In this document: positions 29,176-47,483 of the stretch, in pieces
Layout of the letters: each line of letters begins with the position of its first letter
How positions within the stretch are numbered: position 1 is the first letter of the stretch
DNA from: Eledone cirrhosa
Taxonomy: Eukaryota
Reading direction: 5' to 3'
DNA: 64,000 nucleotides
Assembly (NCBI GenBank): GCA_964016885.1
Contig: OZ024746.1
Span: forward strand, 46,562,001 to 46,626,000
The notes under the pieces: model-generated
The model's input: only the letters and a program-made list of their open reading frames with translations
Databases searched by the model: none
What the model was told of the DNA's origin: nothing
Program-made: the position numbers and the translations under genes

Positions 29176-29240
29176 CCGGAAGGGGTTTTTGAGTGCTCGA
29201 CCGGAAGGGGTCTTTGACCGGAAGGATGCTCAACCGGAAG
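29176..29240. promoter_or_regulatory. Cluster of four CCGGAAG (ETS-type) motifs next to a G tract in the LINE 5' UTR
   Basis: CCGGAAG at 29176, 29201, 29218 and 29234. Confidence 0.4.
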
Positions 29241-29519
29241 GGCCAGGAGAGGGCCTCTCTCTAGTGGTGACCAGCATACGGTGAGGACGCGTTTTGGGCA
29301 GCTCCTGGTGTTAAGCAGTCGGACGCCCGTGGAAGAGGAGTACCTGCAGTGAATTTAGCGGCGCCTGTGAAAAGCGGTAAGTGAGATAGCTTTTTCTAAC
29401 CACATCAAACAAGAAACAACAAACCGAGTCAAAAAACAGATAAGATTATACCAAATTATTATATATACTATAGTACGCATAGTATCAGCATAGTTACATA
29501 TATACTATAGTACGCATAG

Positions 29520-29665
29520 TACCAGCATAGTTACGTCCCTTTACAATCTGAGTTCAAATGCCGCCGAGGTTGACTTTGCCTTTCATCCTTACGGGGTCGA
29601 TAAAATAAAGTACCAGTAATGCACTGGTTAATTGCTGGCCTTGTGCCTAAAGTAGAAACAATTAT
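29520..29665 (+). mobile_element. 5'-truncated Meta-domain-like SINE
   Basis: B box GAGTTCAAAT; homologous to 7522-7708. Confidence 0.7.
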
Positions 29666-29693
29666 ATATATATACTATATATATATATATATA

Positions 29694-29777
<84 letters not shown>

Positions 29778-29945
29778 CATATATATACATATATATACAC
29801 TATTTATATATATATATATATATATACAATTTATATATATATATAAATATACAATTTATATATATATATATATACAATTTATATATATATATAAATATAC
29901 AATTTATATATATATATAAATATACAATTTATATATATATATATA

Positions 29946-30000
<55 letters not shown>

Positions 30001-30248
30001 GTGTATATATATATATACTATATATATATATAGTATATATATATATATATATATACTATATATATATATATATACTATATATATATATATATATATATAT
30101 AGTTATATATATACTATATATATATAAATATACTATATATATATATATATATATACTATATATATATATATACTATATATAATATATATATATATACTAT
30201 ATATATATACTATATATATATATATATACTATATATATACTATATATA

Positions 30249-30290
<42 letters not shown>

Positions 30291-30427
30291 TATATATATA
30301 TAAATATACTATATAATATATATATACTATATATATATATATACCATATATATATATACTATATATACTATATATATATATACTATATATATATACTATA
30401 TATATATATATACTATATATACTATAT

Positions 30428-31848
<1,421 letters not shown>

Positions 31849-31854
31849 TGTATA

Positions 31855-32073
31855 GTGAAGGCGTGTGGCTGAGTGGTTAGAGAATTGGTTTCGCAATCGT
31901 AAGGTTGTGAGTTCGATTCCTGGACCAGGTGATGCGTTATGTCCTTGAGCAAGACACTTTATTTCACGTTGCTCCTTCTACCTGGAGTTGCGACCGATAG
32001 ATAGTATTAGCAATTGGAAAGACCAACGGAAACATTGTTCCCTCGGTCCGATTTGACGAAAGTCGATCGTTCC
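31855..32073 (+). mobile_element. tRNA/CORE-like SINE
   Basis: Copy of 18821-19040. Confidence 0.85.
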
Positions 32074-32579
32074 TTTATATATGTATATATATATAATATA
32101 TATATACTATATATATATACTATATATATATATATATATACAATATATATATACTATATATATATATATATACTATATATATATATATATACTATATATA
32201 TATACTATATATATATATATACTATATATATATACTATATATATATATATATACTATATATATATATAGTATATATATATATATATAGTATATATATATA
32301 CTATATATATATATATACTATATATATATACTATATATATATATATACTATATATATATAGTATATATATATATATATATATATAGTATATATATATATA
32401 TAGTATATATATATATATAGTATATATATATATAGTATATATATATATATAGTATATGTATATATAGTATATATATATATATATAGTATATGTATATATA
32501 GTATATATATATATATATATATAGTATATATAGTATATATATATATAGTATATATATATAGTATATATATATATATATA

Positions 32580-32613
<34 letters not shown>

Positions 32614-32927
32614 TATATATATATATATAGTATATACTATATATATATATATACTATTTATATATATACAATATATATACTATATATATATATATATATA
32701 TATAGTATATACTATATATATATATACTATATATATATACTATATATATATATATATACTATTTATATATATACTATATATATACTATATATATATATAT
32801 ACTATTTATATATATACTATATATATATATACTATATATATATATATATAATATATATATATACTATGTATATATATATACTATATATATGTATATATAT
32901 ATACTATTTATATATATACTATATATA

Positions 32928-32969
<42 letters not shown>

Positions 32970-33061
32970 TATATATATATACTATATATATATATATACT
33001 ATATATATATACTATATATATATATATACTATATATATATATATATATATATATACACTAT

Positions 33062-34403
33062 AGTAATAGTAATAATAATAAAATTGAAGACTAAAATCCA
33101 AAGAGGGCTCGATAAGGAAAATATATATCAAATATATAAGAACCGTAGAGCAAATATTTATTAAAATAACAGATTAAAGTTTAAGCAAAGAATCGCTGCT
33201 TTCACCCTTAACGGGATCTTCTGAAACTAACAAAGTCAATCTGTAAACGCAGAACCGGATATTTCAAAAAACGTTGCAACCGGAGGAAGACAGGAATACG
33301 ATACTTGGTTCGTGGAAACGTTCGCTGGCTAAGAACGGGAAAAAAGAATAATACGTCATTAATAGGAGCGGTGAAAAGCAATTACGCGCAAAGACAGAAC
33401 CACGTTTATGGTATAATAGAGGTCGTAGACTAATGTTCTCTTATGTGGTGCATAGAGACGTTCTCTGGCACTGAACGAAAAAACGAAGATAATAAGTCAT
33501 ATGTGGAGCGTGGAGAACAATAGCACGCAAAGACAAAACCGCGTAAATGGTATAGCAGAAGTTGTAGACTAAAATTCTAACTAGGAGACCAAATGAATCT
33601 CCGCTACAGAGTTAAGAACAAAGTAAATAAATACAATACAGAAGTAATAGAAACAAATAAATACATACACGCAACAGATACGTACATACACAAGCATTCG
33701 CAAAACCTTACCATAGGTATACAAAACCACGCACATATAAATATGTGTGTGTGTGTATGCTTGTGTACAAATAAATAAATAATTATATAAACGTATATAA
33801 GTAAATAAATACGTATATAACAAGCGCACACACATACCTACAAATAAATACACGAATGTTCGGAGACGTAAGTCAACTAAAACAAGAAGTACACAAATAC
33901 ACACACCCACCATACGTACGAACCTGCATACTCACGCAGACGCAAAACTCCCGTATACACATAGCCAAACCCTAAACACCAGAATATGTAAATTATACGC
34001 CATAACAGTCAAATATACGTACGAGAAGGTATACATACCTTCACAAAACATACGGGTAATATATACGTACCTAAGCAAATAATTAAAGGAATAAACAAAA
34101 CATATACTTAGCTCCCACATCAAGACGTAAAATATCCACGTATAGATCGTGCTATCCGTTAGGGTATAACGTGGGGCTGTAATACAGGAAAGTTTTGTGC
34201 AATTTATGTTTACAAGCCGAAATTGCCTCAGATTTTTTGTTTAAGATGTGGTCCCTGGCGTAGAGTATTTCCAGGGCCTCAGCGGCGCAGAGGTCACATG
34301 GTCTTTTATTTCCGTTATACGATCTAGCCCTAGCTAGGATCTCCCAGTGTAACTTATATTGGGTGTGGTTGTCTTTTAGACTCCAGATATAAGCTGAAAG
34401 TGA
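33062..34403 (-). mobile_element. PLE family F2 3' fragment (endonuclease C-terminus 34152-34403, 3' UTR, HHR, tail)
   Basis: TSLSAYIWSLK..WEIL..CDLCAAE..LNKKSE..CKHK. Confidence 0.9.
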
Positions 34404-34541
34404 CGTCATATATATACACTATATATATATATATACATATATATACTATAAATATATATATACTATATATATATATATATACACTATATATATATATATA
34501 TATACACTATATATATATATATATATATATACACTATATAT

Positions 34542-34626
<85 letters not shown>

Positions 34627-34694
34627 TATATACTATATAAATATATATACTATATAAATATATATACTATATACATATATACTATATATATATA

Positions 34695-34744
<50 letters not shown>

Positions 34745-34753
34745 ATGTATATA

Positions 34754-35526
<773 letters not shown>

Positions 35527-35542
35527 TATATATATATATATA

Positions 35543-35590
<48 letters not shown>

Positions 35591-35598
35591 TATATATG

Positions 35599-35649
<51 letters not shown>

Positions 35650-35651
35650 TA

Positions 35652-35765
<114 letters not shown>

Positions 35766-35781
35766 ATATATATATATATAT

Positions 35782-35819
<38 letters not shown>

Positions 35820-35893
35820 ATATATATATATATATATATACAATATATATATATATATATATATATACAATATATATATATATATATATATAT

Positions 35894-36026
<133 letters not shown>

Positions 36027-36097
36027 TATATATACTATATATATATATATATATATATACTATATATACTATATATATATATATATATATACTATAT

Positions 36098-36134
<37 letters not shown>

Positions 36135-36158
36135 TATATATATATATATATATATATA

Positions 36159-36196
<38 letters not shown>

Positions 36197-36206
36197 TATA
36201 TACTAT

Positions 36207-36258
<52 letters not shown>

Positions 36259-36262
36259 TATA

Positions 36263-36371
<109 letters not shown>

Positions 36372-36483
36372 TATACTATATATATATATATATAATTATA
36401 TACTATATATATATATATATACTATATATATATGTATATATATATGTATATATATACTATATATATATATATATATATGTATA

Positions 36484-36535
<52 letters not shown>

Positions 36536-36552
36536 ATATATTTGTATATATA

Positions 36553-36638
<86 letters not shown>

Positions 36639-36671
36639 CTATATATATATATATATGTATACATATATGTA

Positions 36672-36775
36672 TGTTCTCTGGCTGCACACACTTTTGGGTT
36701 TGCAGAGCTGACGTGCTTCCCTTTGTTCTTTTTCCTCGGCACCGGGGTTTCACTTGCTTCCGCCATTGCATTGGT
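36672..36775 (-). repeat. 104 bp inverted copy of an internal RTE segment (39844-39947)
   Basis: Two mismatches to the reverse complement of 39844-39947. Confidence 0.9.
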
Positions 36776-36956
36776 TTTATAAATATATATATTATGTATA
36801 CTCCAGTCCTATATATATATATATAATATATATATATATATACTATATATATATATACTATATATATATATACTATATAAATATATATATATATATAGTA
36901 TATATATATATAGTATATATATATATATATATATAGTATATATATATAGTATATAT

Positions 36957-37393
36957 GTAGGAGGTGAGTTTTATTGTTAGTTCAATAAAGCAATGCAGAT
37001 ATCGGATAAGAAGCACTCTACAGTTTGTAGGACTGGAATATACATATGTATACTATGGATAGTGCTGTTTTAAATAAACTTAATGTTGATTTAAAACTGC
37101 ACTATCCACAAGTGTTTTTTAACCTTCATATCATGTCTGTTTTATCTGATGAAAACACAAATATTATTGCATGATGATATTTGGTTTTGAAATGCGCATA
37201 ATAAAATACATCGAACTCTTTTAACCATCTTTTGGTCGCATTTTAAAAGGGTACGTCAAAGCTTATTTGTAAAACTGTTATATATTGTATTTTGTCTGAT
37301 GAAGGCGTACCATAATTTAATTTGGTATCCCTGAAATATGTATAATGAAATAAATATGGTTTTATAAATATAGTTTCCATTTATTAATAGCGT
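36957..37393 (+). mobile_element. Composite F8 and F1 fragment with two tandem HHRs (37138-37208 and 37288-37352)
   Basis: Both have CTGATGA..GAAA cores and 8 bp stem I. Confidence 0.75.
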
Positions 37394-37511
37394 ATATATA
37401 CTATATATATATATATATATATACTATATATATATATACTATATATATATATACCATATATATATATACTATATATATATATACTATATATATATATACT
37501 ATATATATATA

Positions 37512-37624
<113 letters not shown>

Positions 37625-37687
37625 TATATATATATATACTATATATATATATACTATATATATATATATATATATATATACTATATA

Positions 37688-37853
37688 TGCAAAAGTTCTA
37701 TTAAAAGTTGTTGGGATACAAGTAAATATTTTTATAGCTGATATAAAGCACTCGACAAATTTTTTGAGTAGATATACGATATTAATAAATGGAAACTATA
37801 TTTATAAAACCATATTTATTTCATTATACATATTTCAGGGATACCACATTAAA
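37688..37853 (-). repeat. F1 tail with half HHR
   Basis: Homologous to 43127-43292. Confidence 0.7.
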
Positions 37854-37906
37854 TATATATATATATATATACTATATACTATATATATACTATATATATA
37901 TATATA

Positions 37907-38117
37907 CTGGCTGAGTGGTTAGAGAATTGGATTCGCAATCGTAAGGTTGTGAGTTCGATTCCTGGACCAGGCGATGCGTTATGTCCTTGAGAAAAGACAC
38001 TTTATTTCACGTTGCTCCTTCTACCTGGAGTTGCGACCGATAGATAGTATTAGCAATTGGAAAGACCAACGAAAAAATTGTTCCCTCGGTCCGCTTTGAC
38101 GAAAGTCGATCGTTCCT
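37907..38117 (+). mobile_element. tRNA/CORE-like SINE, slightly 5'-truncated
   Basis: Copy of 18821-19040. Confidence 0.85.
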
Positions 38118-38159
38118 ATATATATATAGTATATATATATATAGTATATATATATATAG

Positions 38160-38190
<31 letters not shown>

Positions 38191-38203
38191 TATATATATA
38201 TAG

Positions 38204-38234
<31 letters not shown>

Positions 38235-38513
38235 TATATATATATATATAGTATATAAATATATATAGTATATATATATATAGTATATATATATAGTATA
38301 TATATATATATATATATATACAGTAGATATATATATATATAGTAGATATATATATATATATAGTATATATATATATAGTATATATATATATATAGTATAT
38401 ATATATAGTATATATATATATAGTATATATATATATATATATATATAGTATATATATATATATATATATATATAGTATATATATATATATAGTATATATA
38501 TATATATATAGTA

Positions 38514-41500
38514 TATGTCCTGGGTATGACATTAAACTACATCCAGTGGCAAGGCTCCAGTTCGGGAGTTCAGGAGTTGTGGGAAATGTGGAGTTACCCC
38601 TTAGTCGTCATAACTCCCAGGTCTGCCCTGGCCCGGGGTGGTAGTACCTGTTAGGGCTCCATTTATGGGTTAAATGACTACCTTATTCGAGTGGCGCCGG
38701 TAAGGTATTGTCAGCCATTTGAATAGAAATATGGAGAGTCGATCTAACAGCACTAGGGTTAGAGCCCCTAATTACACTGTCAAGGAGCAGCCTGGTCGTT
38801 ATGACTCTGCTGGCTTAGAGCCACATAGAGGGCCAGTGGATGATGGATCAGCTGTCTCTGAGACAAATATAAAGAATGCAGTTTTGTCCTGCAGAAGAGC
38901 TATCAAAATGGGCACTTTGAATGTGAGGACTATTCGGACGCTGGAGAAGAGAGAGGAGTTGGGACATCTGTTTGAGGAGAGTGGTATACAGATACTTGCG
39001 ATCCAAGAACACAGGATCCTACACTATGAGCCCGTGAGGAGTGTGATAATCGGGAAGTGGAACCAGCTCATCACTACATCGGCAGTGAAGAACACAAAAA
39101 ATGCTGCAGTAGGATGAGTGGGTTTTGTGTTCAGTGCAGGAACCAATCTGTTGGTGAAGGAAATAATGCCTATCTCCCCGTGAGTGTTAAGGGTGACCTT
39201 CAATGGAAACCCAAGACTGACAGTCATCTCAGCATATAGTCCAACCGAGGGGGACAGTGATGTGAGTGCGGAAGAGTCCCATGAGGAGGTGTGTAGAGCT
39301 GTCAACACCACTGAGGCACACAATATCCTGCTTGTTTTGCGGGACTTCAATGCACATCTGAGTAAGGAGGGCAGTGAAGATCCTTTCTGGTACTTCCATA
39401 ACAACACCAATCGAAATGGAAGACTACTGAGAGACACCCTGCTGGAGGCGAACTTGATGGCGACCAACCTAAGGTTTAGGAAGAATCTGGGGAAGATGTG
39501 GACCTACATCCCAGATGTGCACCTGTCCAAGTCCCAGATTGATTTCATTCTGGTGAGGAAAATGTGGCGGAATAGTGTTCTGAACACAGAACCATACCGT
39601 TATTTCAGTACACTGGGTAGTGACCACCGGCTTGTTATGAGTGAGGTCCGGGTGAGCTTAAGAAAGAGCAAGGCTCGGCCCCGGAGAGCAATCTATGACT
39701 GGGGATCTTTCAAGGAAGATGATAAGCTAGAGGAGAGGTTCACAGTGGAAGTGAGAAACAGGTTTAGTGCTCTGTTGGGAGAGTCAGAGGAGAGAGAGAT
39801 TGGATGGATTGAGGAGAGTGTGACGAGGCGGTACGGGCACTTCACCAATGCAATGGCGGAAGCAAGTGAAACCCTGGTCCCGAGGAAAAAGAACAAAGGG
39901 AAGCACGTCAGCTCTGCAAACCCAAAAGTGTGTGCAGCCAGAGAACACCTGAAGGCTGCTAAGGACCAATTCTATGCTGATCCTACGGAGGAGAGGATGG
40001 AGACTGTGGAGGTGATGAGGGAAGAACTCTGTACCGCTTACACTGAGGTCAGAGAGGAGGCACTGATAGAGAAGATCAGAAGTGCGGAGAGAGCGGTTGA
40101 CAGATTTGGATGTAAGGAGAACTGGATGATCATCAACGAGATCACAGGGAGGAAGAGGTGTTCGAGTCAGATCCAGGGAACGGGGCCCGAGGATAGGAAG
40201 AGGAAATGGCTAGAACATTTTAGGACCGTACTAGGAGAGCCACCCTCCAGAGCCCAGAGCACTGGGGAGATCAGGCGGCTGTTTGAGGAACTGGATGTTG
40301 AGACAGAGCCCTTCATGAGAGAGGAGCTTCAGAGAGCCAAGAAGAAGATCAAGGAGGGCAAGGCTCATGGAGAAGATGGGGTGGCATCAGAGGTGATGAA
40401 GAGGTGTGATTTTGATGATATCATCCTGGTGTTCTGTAACGGGCACTGGAGAAGGGAGTTGCCCCGAATCAGTGGAGGATCAGTAACATCGTCCCAGTGC
40501 CAAAGAAGGGAGATCTCTCTAACACCAACAACTACAGGGGGATCTCACGACGTCACTTGTGGCAAAGACCCTCAACAGGATGATTCTTAACAGGATCCAG
40601 CCTGAGATGGAGAAGAAGCTCAGGGACAACCAGAACGGCTTCAGAGAGGGTAGATCAACCACCAGTCACATCCTCATGCTGAGGAGGATATTAGAGGGAG
40701 CTAGAACAAAGTGCCTTCCTGCGGTCATGGTTTTCATTGACTTTAGGAAGGCCTTTGATTCTGTGGACCGTTACTGCCTGATGAAGATCTTACAGGCTTA
40801 TGGAATCACCAAGAAGATAGTGGACCTGATATCACTGCTCTACACCAACACCAAAGCCCAAGTCATTACACCTGATGGGATGACAGAGTTCTTTGAGATA
40901 CTGGCTGGAGTGTTCCAGGGAGATACATTGGCTCCCTACCTTTTTATCATCGTAGTTGACTATTGTATGCGCCTTGCACTGGAGAAACACCAGGACTCTG
41001 GCTTTACTGTAGCACCGGCTCAGAGCAGGAGAGTCAGAGCGAAAAAGGTATCGGATGCTGAATTTGCCGACGACATAGTTTTGGTGACAAATACAGTGAA
41101 GGAGGCAGAGGATTTGATGCGGGAGGTTGAAACTGTGTCGATGAGTCTGGGGCTGAGAATGAATGAGACTAAAACAAAATATCTGGTAGAGAATGTTGAG
41201 AAGCCAGAGGGGACCACTAATGTAGGCGGGAAGCCGCTAGAATTGGTTGAGGGCTTCCTGTATTTAGGAGCAAAGATTGGGAATACGGAAGATGATGTGG
41301 TTGAGAGGAAGAGCAAGGCCTGGGTGGCGTGCCACAGCTTGAGATCGGTGTGGAAGTCGGACCTTCGTAGAGACCTGAAAGTCCGCCTCTTTATTGCTGT
41401 AGTGGAGTCTGTACTGCTGTATGGGTCTGAGACTTGGACAGTGACCAAGAAACTCACTCAGATGGTGGATGGGTGCTACACGAGAATGTTGAGGATGGCT

Positions 41501-41821
41501 CTGAACATTAATCAGTATACACTGAGGATGAAAAATTCAGAGCTGTATGGGAGCATCCCAAAAGTCAGCTCAAAAGTGACACAGAGGAGACTGAGGTTAG
41601 CTGGACATGCTCACCGACATCCAGAGTTGACATTGCACTCAGTGCACCTTTGGGAGCCCCTACATGGACACACTAGAAGAGGAAGACCAATGTTAACGTA
41701 TGTTGATGCCCTAAGGACAGACACTGGTCTGTTGGAGACGCAGGACATTGCAGCGATTATGAGGGACAGAGACCGCTGGAGAGAACTCGTCCATGGATCT
41801 CGGGAATTTTACCCGCCTTAG
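38514..41821 (+). mobile_element. Near-full-length RTE-clade LINE
   Basis: ~230 bp 5' UTR and a single APE-RT ORF ending directly in (TA)n. Confidence 0.92.
38749..41821 (+). pseudogene. RTE ORF (APE endonuclease and RT) with two TGA stops (39115, 39181) and frameshifts near 40440 and 40545
   Basis: MGTLNVRT, AIQEHR, SAYSPT, DFNAH, SDHRLV, QNGFREGRST, FIDFRKAFDSV, QGDTLAPYLF, FADD, RRLRLAGH. Confidence 0.93.
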
Positions 41822-41859
41822 ATATAGTATATATATATATAGTATAAATATATATATAG

Positions 41860-41891
<32 letters not shown>

Positions 41892-41903
41892 GTATATATA
41901 TTT

Positions 41904-42067
<164 letters not shown>

Positions 42068-42345
42068 TATATATATATATATATATAGTATATATATATA
42101 AATATAGTATATATATATATATATATATAGTATATATATATAAATATAGTATATATATATATATATATAATATATAGATATAAATATAGTATATATATAT
42201 ATATATAGTATATATATATAAATATATTATATATATATATATATAGTATATATATATAAATATAGTATATATATATAAATATAGTATATATATATATATA
42301 TAGTATATATATATATATATAGTATATATATATATATATATATAT

Positions 42346-42676
42346 AGAAAAAGAGATGAAATCGAAAATGCAACTGGAGTCTTATTTTTTTTTAAAATAT
42401 ATATATTTATTTCGTTCCTTTACCGGTTTCGCAATTCTTCTGCTTTTCAAAAGGTGAGTTGAGATGGAGGGTCTGTGGTTTTTCACAGACCCTCCATCTC
42501 AACTCACCTTTTGAAAAGCAAAAGAACTGCGAAACCGGTAAAGGAACGAAATAAATATATATATATTTTTTAAAAATAAGACTACACTTGCATTTTCGAT
42601 TTCATCTCTTTTTCGTTATACTTTCACTCGTGTAAGACACCTCGGTTATTTTTCATTTTGTAAAAAAAACCTCACT

Positions 42677-42680
<4 letters not shown>
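42346..42680 (+). mobile_element. Fold-back insertion of family F11, HHR on both strands (42417-42454 minus, 42507-42544 plus)
   Basis: CCTT-TTGAAAA-GCA..TGC-GAAA-CCGG-TA-AAGG; same termini as 57381-59265. Confidence 0.85.
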
Positions 42681-42738
<58 letters not shown>

Positions 42739-42965
42739 TATATATATATATATATTGTATATATATATAGTATATATATATATATATATATTGTATATAT
42801 ATATATATATAGTATATATATATATATATATTGTATATATATATATATATAGTATATATATATATATATATTGTATATATATATATATATAGTATATATA
42901 TATATATATATATATTGTATATATATATATATATATATATACATTGTATATATATATATATATAT

Positions 42966-43362
<397 letters not shown>

Positions 43363-43489
43363 TAGAATTTTGAACAACTTCCATTTAAAAAAGTTGGTTT
43401 GGTAGTGAGATGTTTGTCAATATTTAGTGTTATTTATTTACATACATTTACTCCTTCTCTCCATCTTTCTTTTCTAACTGAATTAACAC

Positions 43490-43853
43490 CGTGACTTCTG
43501 GCGTCACGCAGTAATACAGAGTACCCGACCTCCCATGGGTACAAGCTGAAGCATATAGACATTATGCCACCACAACCCCGACCGCAAGGTGGTCGTGGAG
43601 GTGCCACGGCAAAAAACCACCCAGCCCACACTGTAAAGTGGACGTGTAGGCGCCACGAAAAAGCACCCAGCACTCACTGTAAATGAGGTTGGTGTTAGGA
43701 AGGGCATCCAGCTGTAGAAATCAAGCCAAATCAGTTCCTATATGAGCAAGGCATGGTACGCCGACCAGACACTGCCCACAACAGGACAACCCGTCTAACC
43801 CATGCTAGCGTGGAAGAACGGACGTAAAACGGTGATGATGATGATGATGATGA
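43490..43853 (+). mobile_element. RTE-related 3' UTR or SINE tail with (GAT)n
   Basis: AGGAAGGGCATCC motif and CCATGCTAGCGTGGAAGAACGGACGT end, similar to 8600-8776. Confidence 0.7.
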
Positions 43854-43897
43854 TATAGTATATATATATATATATATAGTATATATATATATATATA

Positions 43898-43936
<39 letters not shown>

Positions 43937-44039
43937 TATAGTATATATATATATATATATATATATAGTATATATAAAGTATATATATATATATAGTAAA
44001 TATATATATATATAGTATATATATATATATATATATTAT

Positions 44040-44580
44040 AGATTTTGAGTTTATGTTGGTTGTATACCAACACCTCAGTATGCAGGCTGGAGCACTCGAC
44101 GAAGTGCGCAGGTTGGTTTGGTTACTCCGGAGTAGTGTAAAATAAAGTTAAATAAAAGTCAAATGATTAAAATTTAGCTTCGTTTATTACTGCTATATAT
44201 ATTTCAGTGACAGCCATCTTTGGCTGTGACCTCTTCAGGCAGTTTGAATTAGTATGGTATAGACAAGTACATATGTTGTTTAGGTGTATGATATTGTCAA
44301 TACTCTGATATGCCCAGTTCCTTGCTGGGTTGTTAATTCACTGGGGAATGACTCACATATGACTCCAGTTCCCCAGTGAATTAACAACCCAGCAAGGAAC
44401 TGGGCATATCAGAGTATTGACAATATCATACACCTAAACAACATATGTACTTGTCTATACCATACTAATTCAAACTGCCTGAAGAGGTCACAGCCAAAGA
44501 TGGCTGTCACTGAAATATATATAGCAGTAATAAACGAAGCTAAATTTTAATCATTTGAATTTTATTTAACTTTATTTTAT
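44040..44580 (-). mobile_element. Fold-back insertion of family F12, HHR on both strands (44189-44243 minus, 44474-44528 plus)
   Basis: ACTGC-CTGAAGA-GGTcACAGCCA aaga TGGCTGTcACT-GAAA-TATATA-TA-GCAGT; ~210 bp arms. Confidence 0.87.
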
Positions 44581-44695
44581 ATATATAGTATATATATAGT
44601 ATATATATATATATATATAGTAAATATATATATATATAGTATATATATATATATATATATATAGTATATATATGTATAGTATATATATATATATA

Positions 44696-44729
<34 letters not shown>

Positions 44730-44788
44730 TATATATATATATATATTTATATATGTAGTATATATATATATAGTATATATATATATAG

Positions 44789-44819
<31 letters not shown>

Positions 44820-44844
44820 TTTATATATATATATATATATATAG

Positions 44845-44887
<43 letters not shown>

Positions 44888-46094
44888 TATATATATATAT
44901 ATATATAGTATATATATATATATATATAAAATATTAAAGAAATAATGAATAAACAATTCCTTATATTAAACAAAAAAAGTTCATTATTTAACGATCGTTT
45001 CTAGGGTATATATGTGTTATAATTGGTATGCATATTCAACAGATCTATGTACAAAATTATACAAAATTATACAAATTATCAAGATTAAATATACATACCT
45101 AACACATATATACGCCGTCTTCAGAAATAATGAAGTATATTTATTGATAATAACAACAATTCAAAATATCAGTTCAAAATTGACCAATGAAAACACAAAG
45201 GGTTAAAAGCAGTTCGGTGTGTGTATATATACATGTAAAATCCTTACACATATTTTACAATAATGTGTGTATAATTTGTATGCGCATACTAAAAAGATGG
45301 ATGCAAACACAAAATTTCAAGGTTAATATCTCTGTAAGCTTAATGCGCTGATAAGATGCGTATTGATACTTATGGAGTCAAGCATATAAATATATTTTTT
45401 CATACTCACACATATCAGTATAATCACACATACATGCGCGTATATGCATAAATATACACATAACCACGAACATACAAACACACACACTCCCCCACTCACA
45501 TTTATATATGTGGATATAAAATCATAAGCACATAGAAATTAAGTCACTCACATAAAACACTGGCACACACATTTCAAGATCAAGATACAGAAATTAGGTG
45601 GGAGGGGGGGGAAGGGTCAGTATTCAATTGTCTGAGCAGACTGCCTAATATAAATGTATCTATAAATTAAGAAAAATAAAAAATAAAAACAATAAAATAT
45701 AATAAATGTAATATAATGTACATACACATACAGATACACATACACATACATACATGTACGCGCACATAGAGATATTTACGCATACACACATACACACATA
45801 CATATACAGTCATACACACACATACACTTACACGATCATACACATACACATATAAAAAGATATATATATACACACTCACACGCGCAACACATACACACAT
45901 ACACATATATATAAAAAATAGATAATAAAGATATATATCCATATATATATATATACACACACACATATATATATATATATACGTATATATATATATATAC
46001 ATATATATACATATACATACACATACATCTAAATATACATACACATACATACACACATACATGTACATACATGTACATACATATACGCACCTCG

Positions 46095-46142
<48 letters not shown>

Positions 46143-46477
46143 TCACATAGACATAAAGATACATACACACACAACTTACATACACACGTATATATATATA
46201 TATATAGATGTACCTTCATACATAGAATTAGATATATAATCATACATACATATGCACCTACTTATACTCATATAAATAAATACATACGCTTCCATATATG
46301 TGTATATACATATAAAAAACAATACAACCTCACCAAACTCAGACATACAAATGAAAATAATAATAAAAAGGCATATGTATATACATACACACACGCATTA
46401 ATAGAGATATATATATATACACACACATACATACACATACATACATACATACACCCACATATATATACACATACATA

Positions 46478-46513
<36 letters not shown>

Positions 46514-47483
46514 CACACACACACATAGACTCATATATATATACACACATATATATATATATATATATAACCATATATATCCACACACTCATACCACCAT
46601 AAATACACATACAAACACCCACATGTATATATATATATATATATACCCATATACACACACGTATACATATATATATATATATATACATATATATACATAT
46701 ATACACACACATAAAAAACAGACATGCACATATATATATATATATATATTTCATTACTCCTATATATACACATATTATATATACATACACAACCTCACTT
46801 ATACACATATACACATAAGTTATATTACAATAATAATAAAGAATAATATACATATATATATATACATATACATATATATACATATATATATATACATACA
46901 TACATACACATACATACATACACATAAATATATACATACAGAATACACACATACGAATAAAGACATATATTCACACATAGACACCTATATATATATATCT
47001 ATATATATCTATATATATATATATACATATATATATACATATATATATATACACACATACACACACACACACACACACAGACACACATACACATTCACAT
47101 ATATATATATATATATATGTGTATGTGAGTGTGCGCACACACACATATATACACACTCACATACAAACACACACAAACACATACATATGCATACGTGCAC
47201 ACACACACACATATATCACATAGATACGAAGATAAACATATAAATAGAGAGACATACATATATATACACAACACATATACACATACATACATACACGCAT
47301 ATACATATACATACATATATACACATATATATATTCCTATATATACAAGCATACACATACATACACATATATACACATATATACACATATACATACAACA
47401 CATTCACATACACATACATATATAATACATATATATACATATATATACATACATATGTATGTACAATCATATATACACACACA

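Larger units (their letters stand above)
24612..29440 (-). mobile_element. Near-full-length CR1-group LINE
   Basis: 5' UTR, ORF1, APE plus RT ORF2, short 3' UTR and GTAAAAGA-repeat tail; 5' boundary approximate. Confidence 0.88.

Noticed and set aside
39115-39183. Two in-frame TGA codons in the RTE ORF as possible selenocysteine or readthrough
   Set aside because: They fall at expected Gly (GGVG) and Arg (SPR) positions, consistent with GGA>TGA and CGA>TGA point mutations; the ORF is also frameshifted
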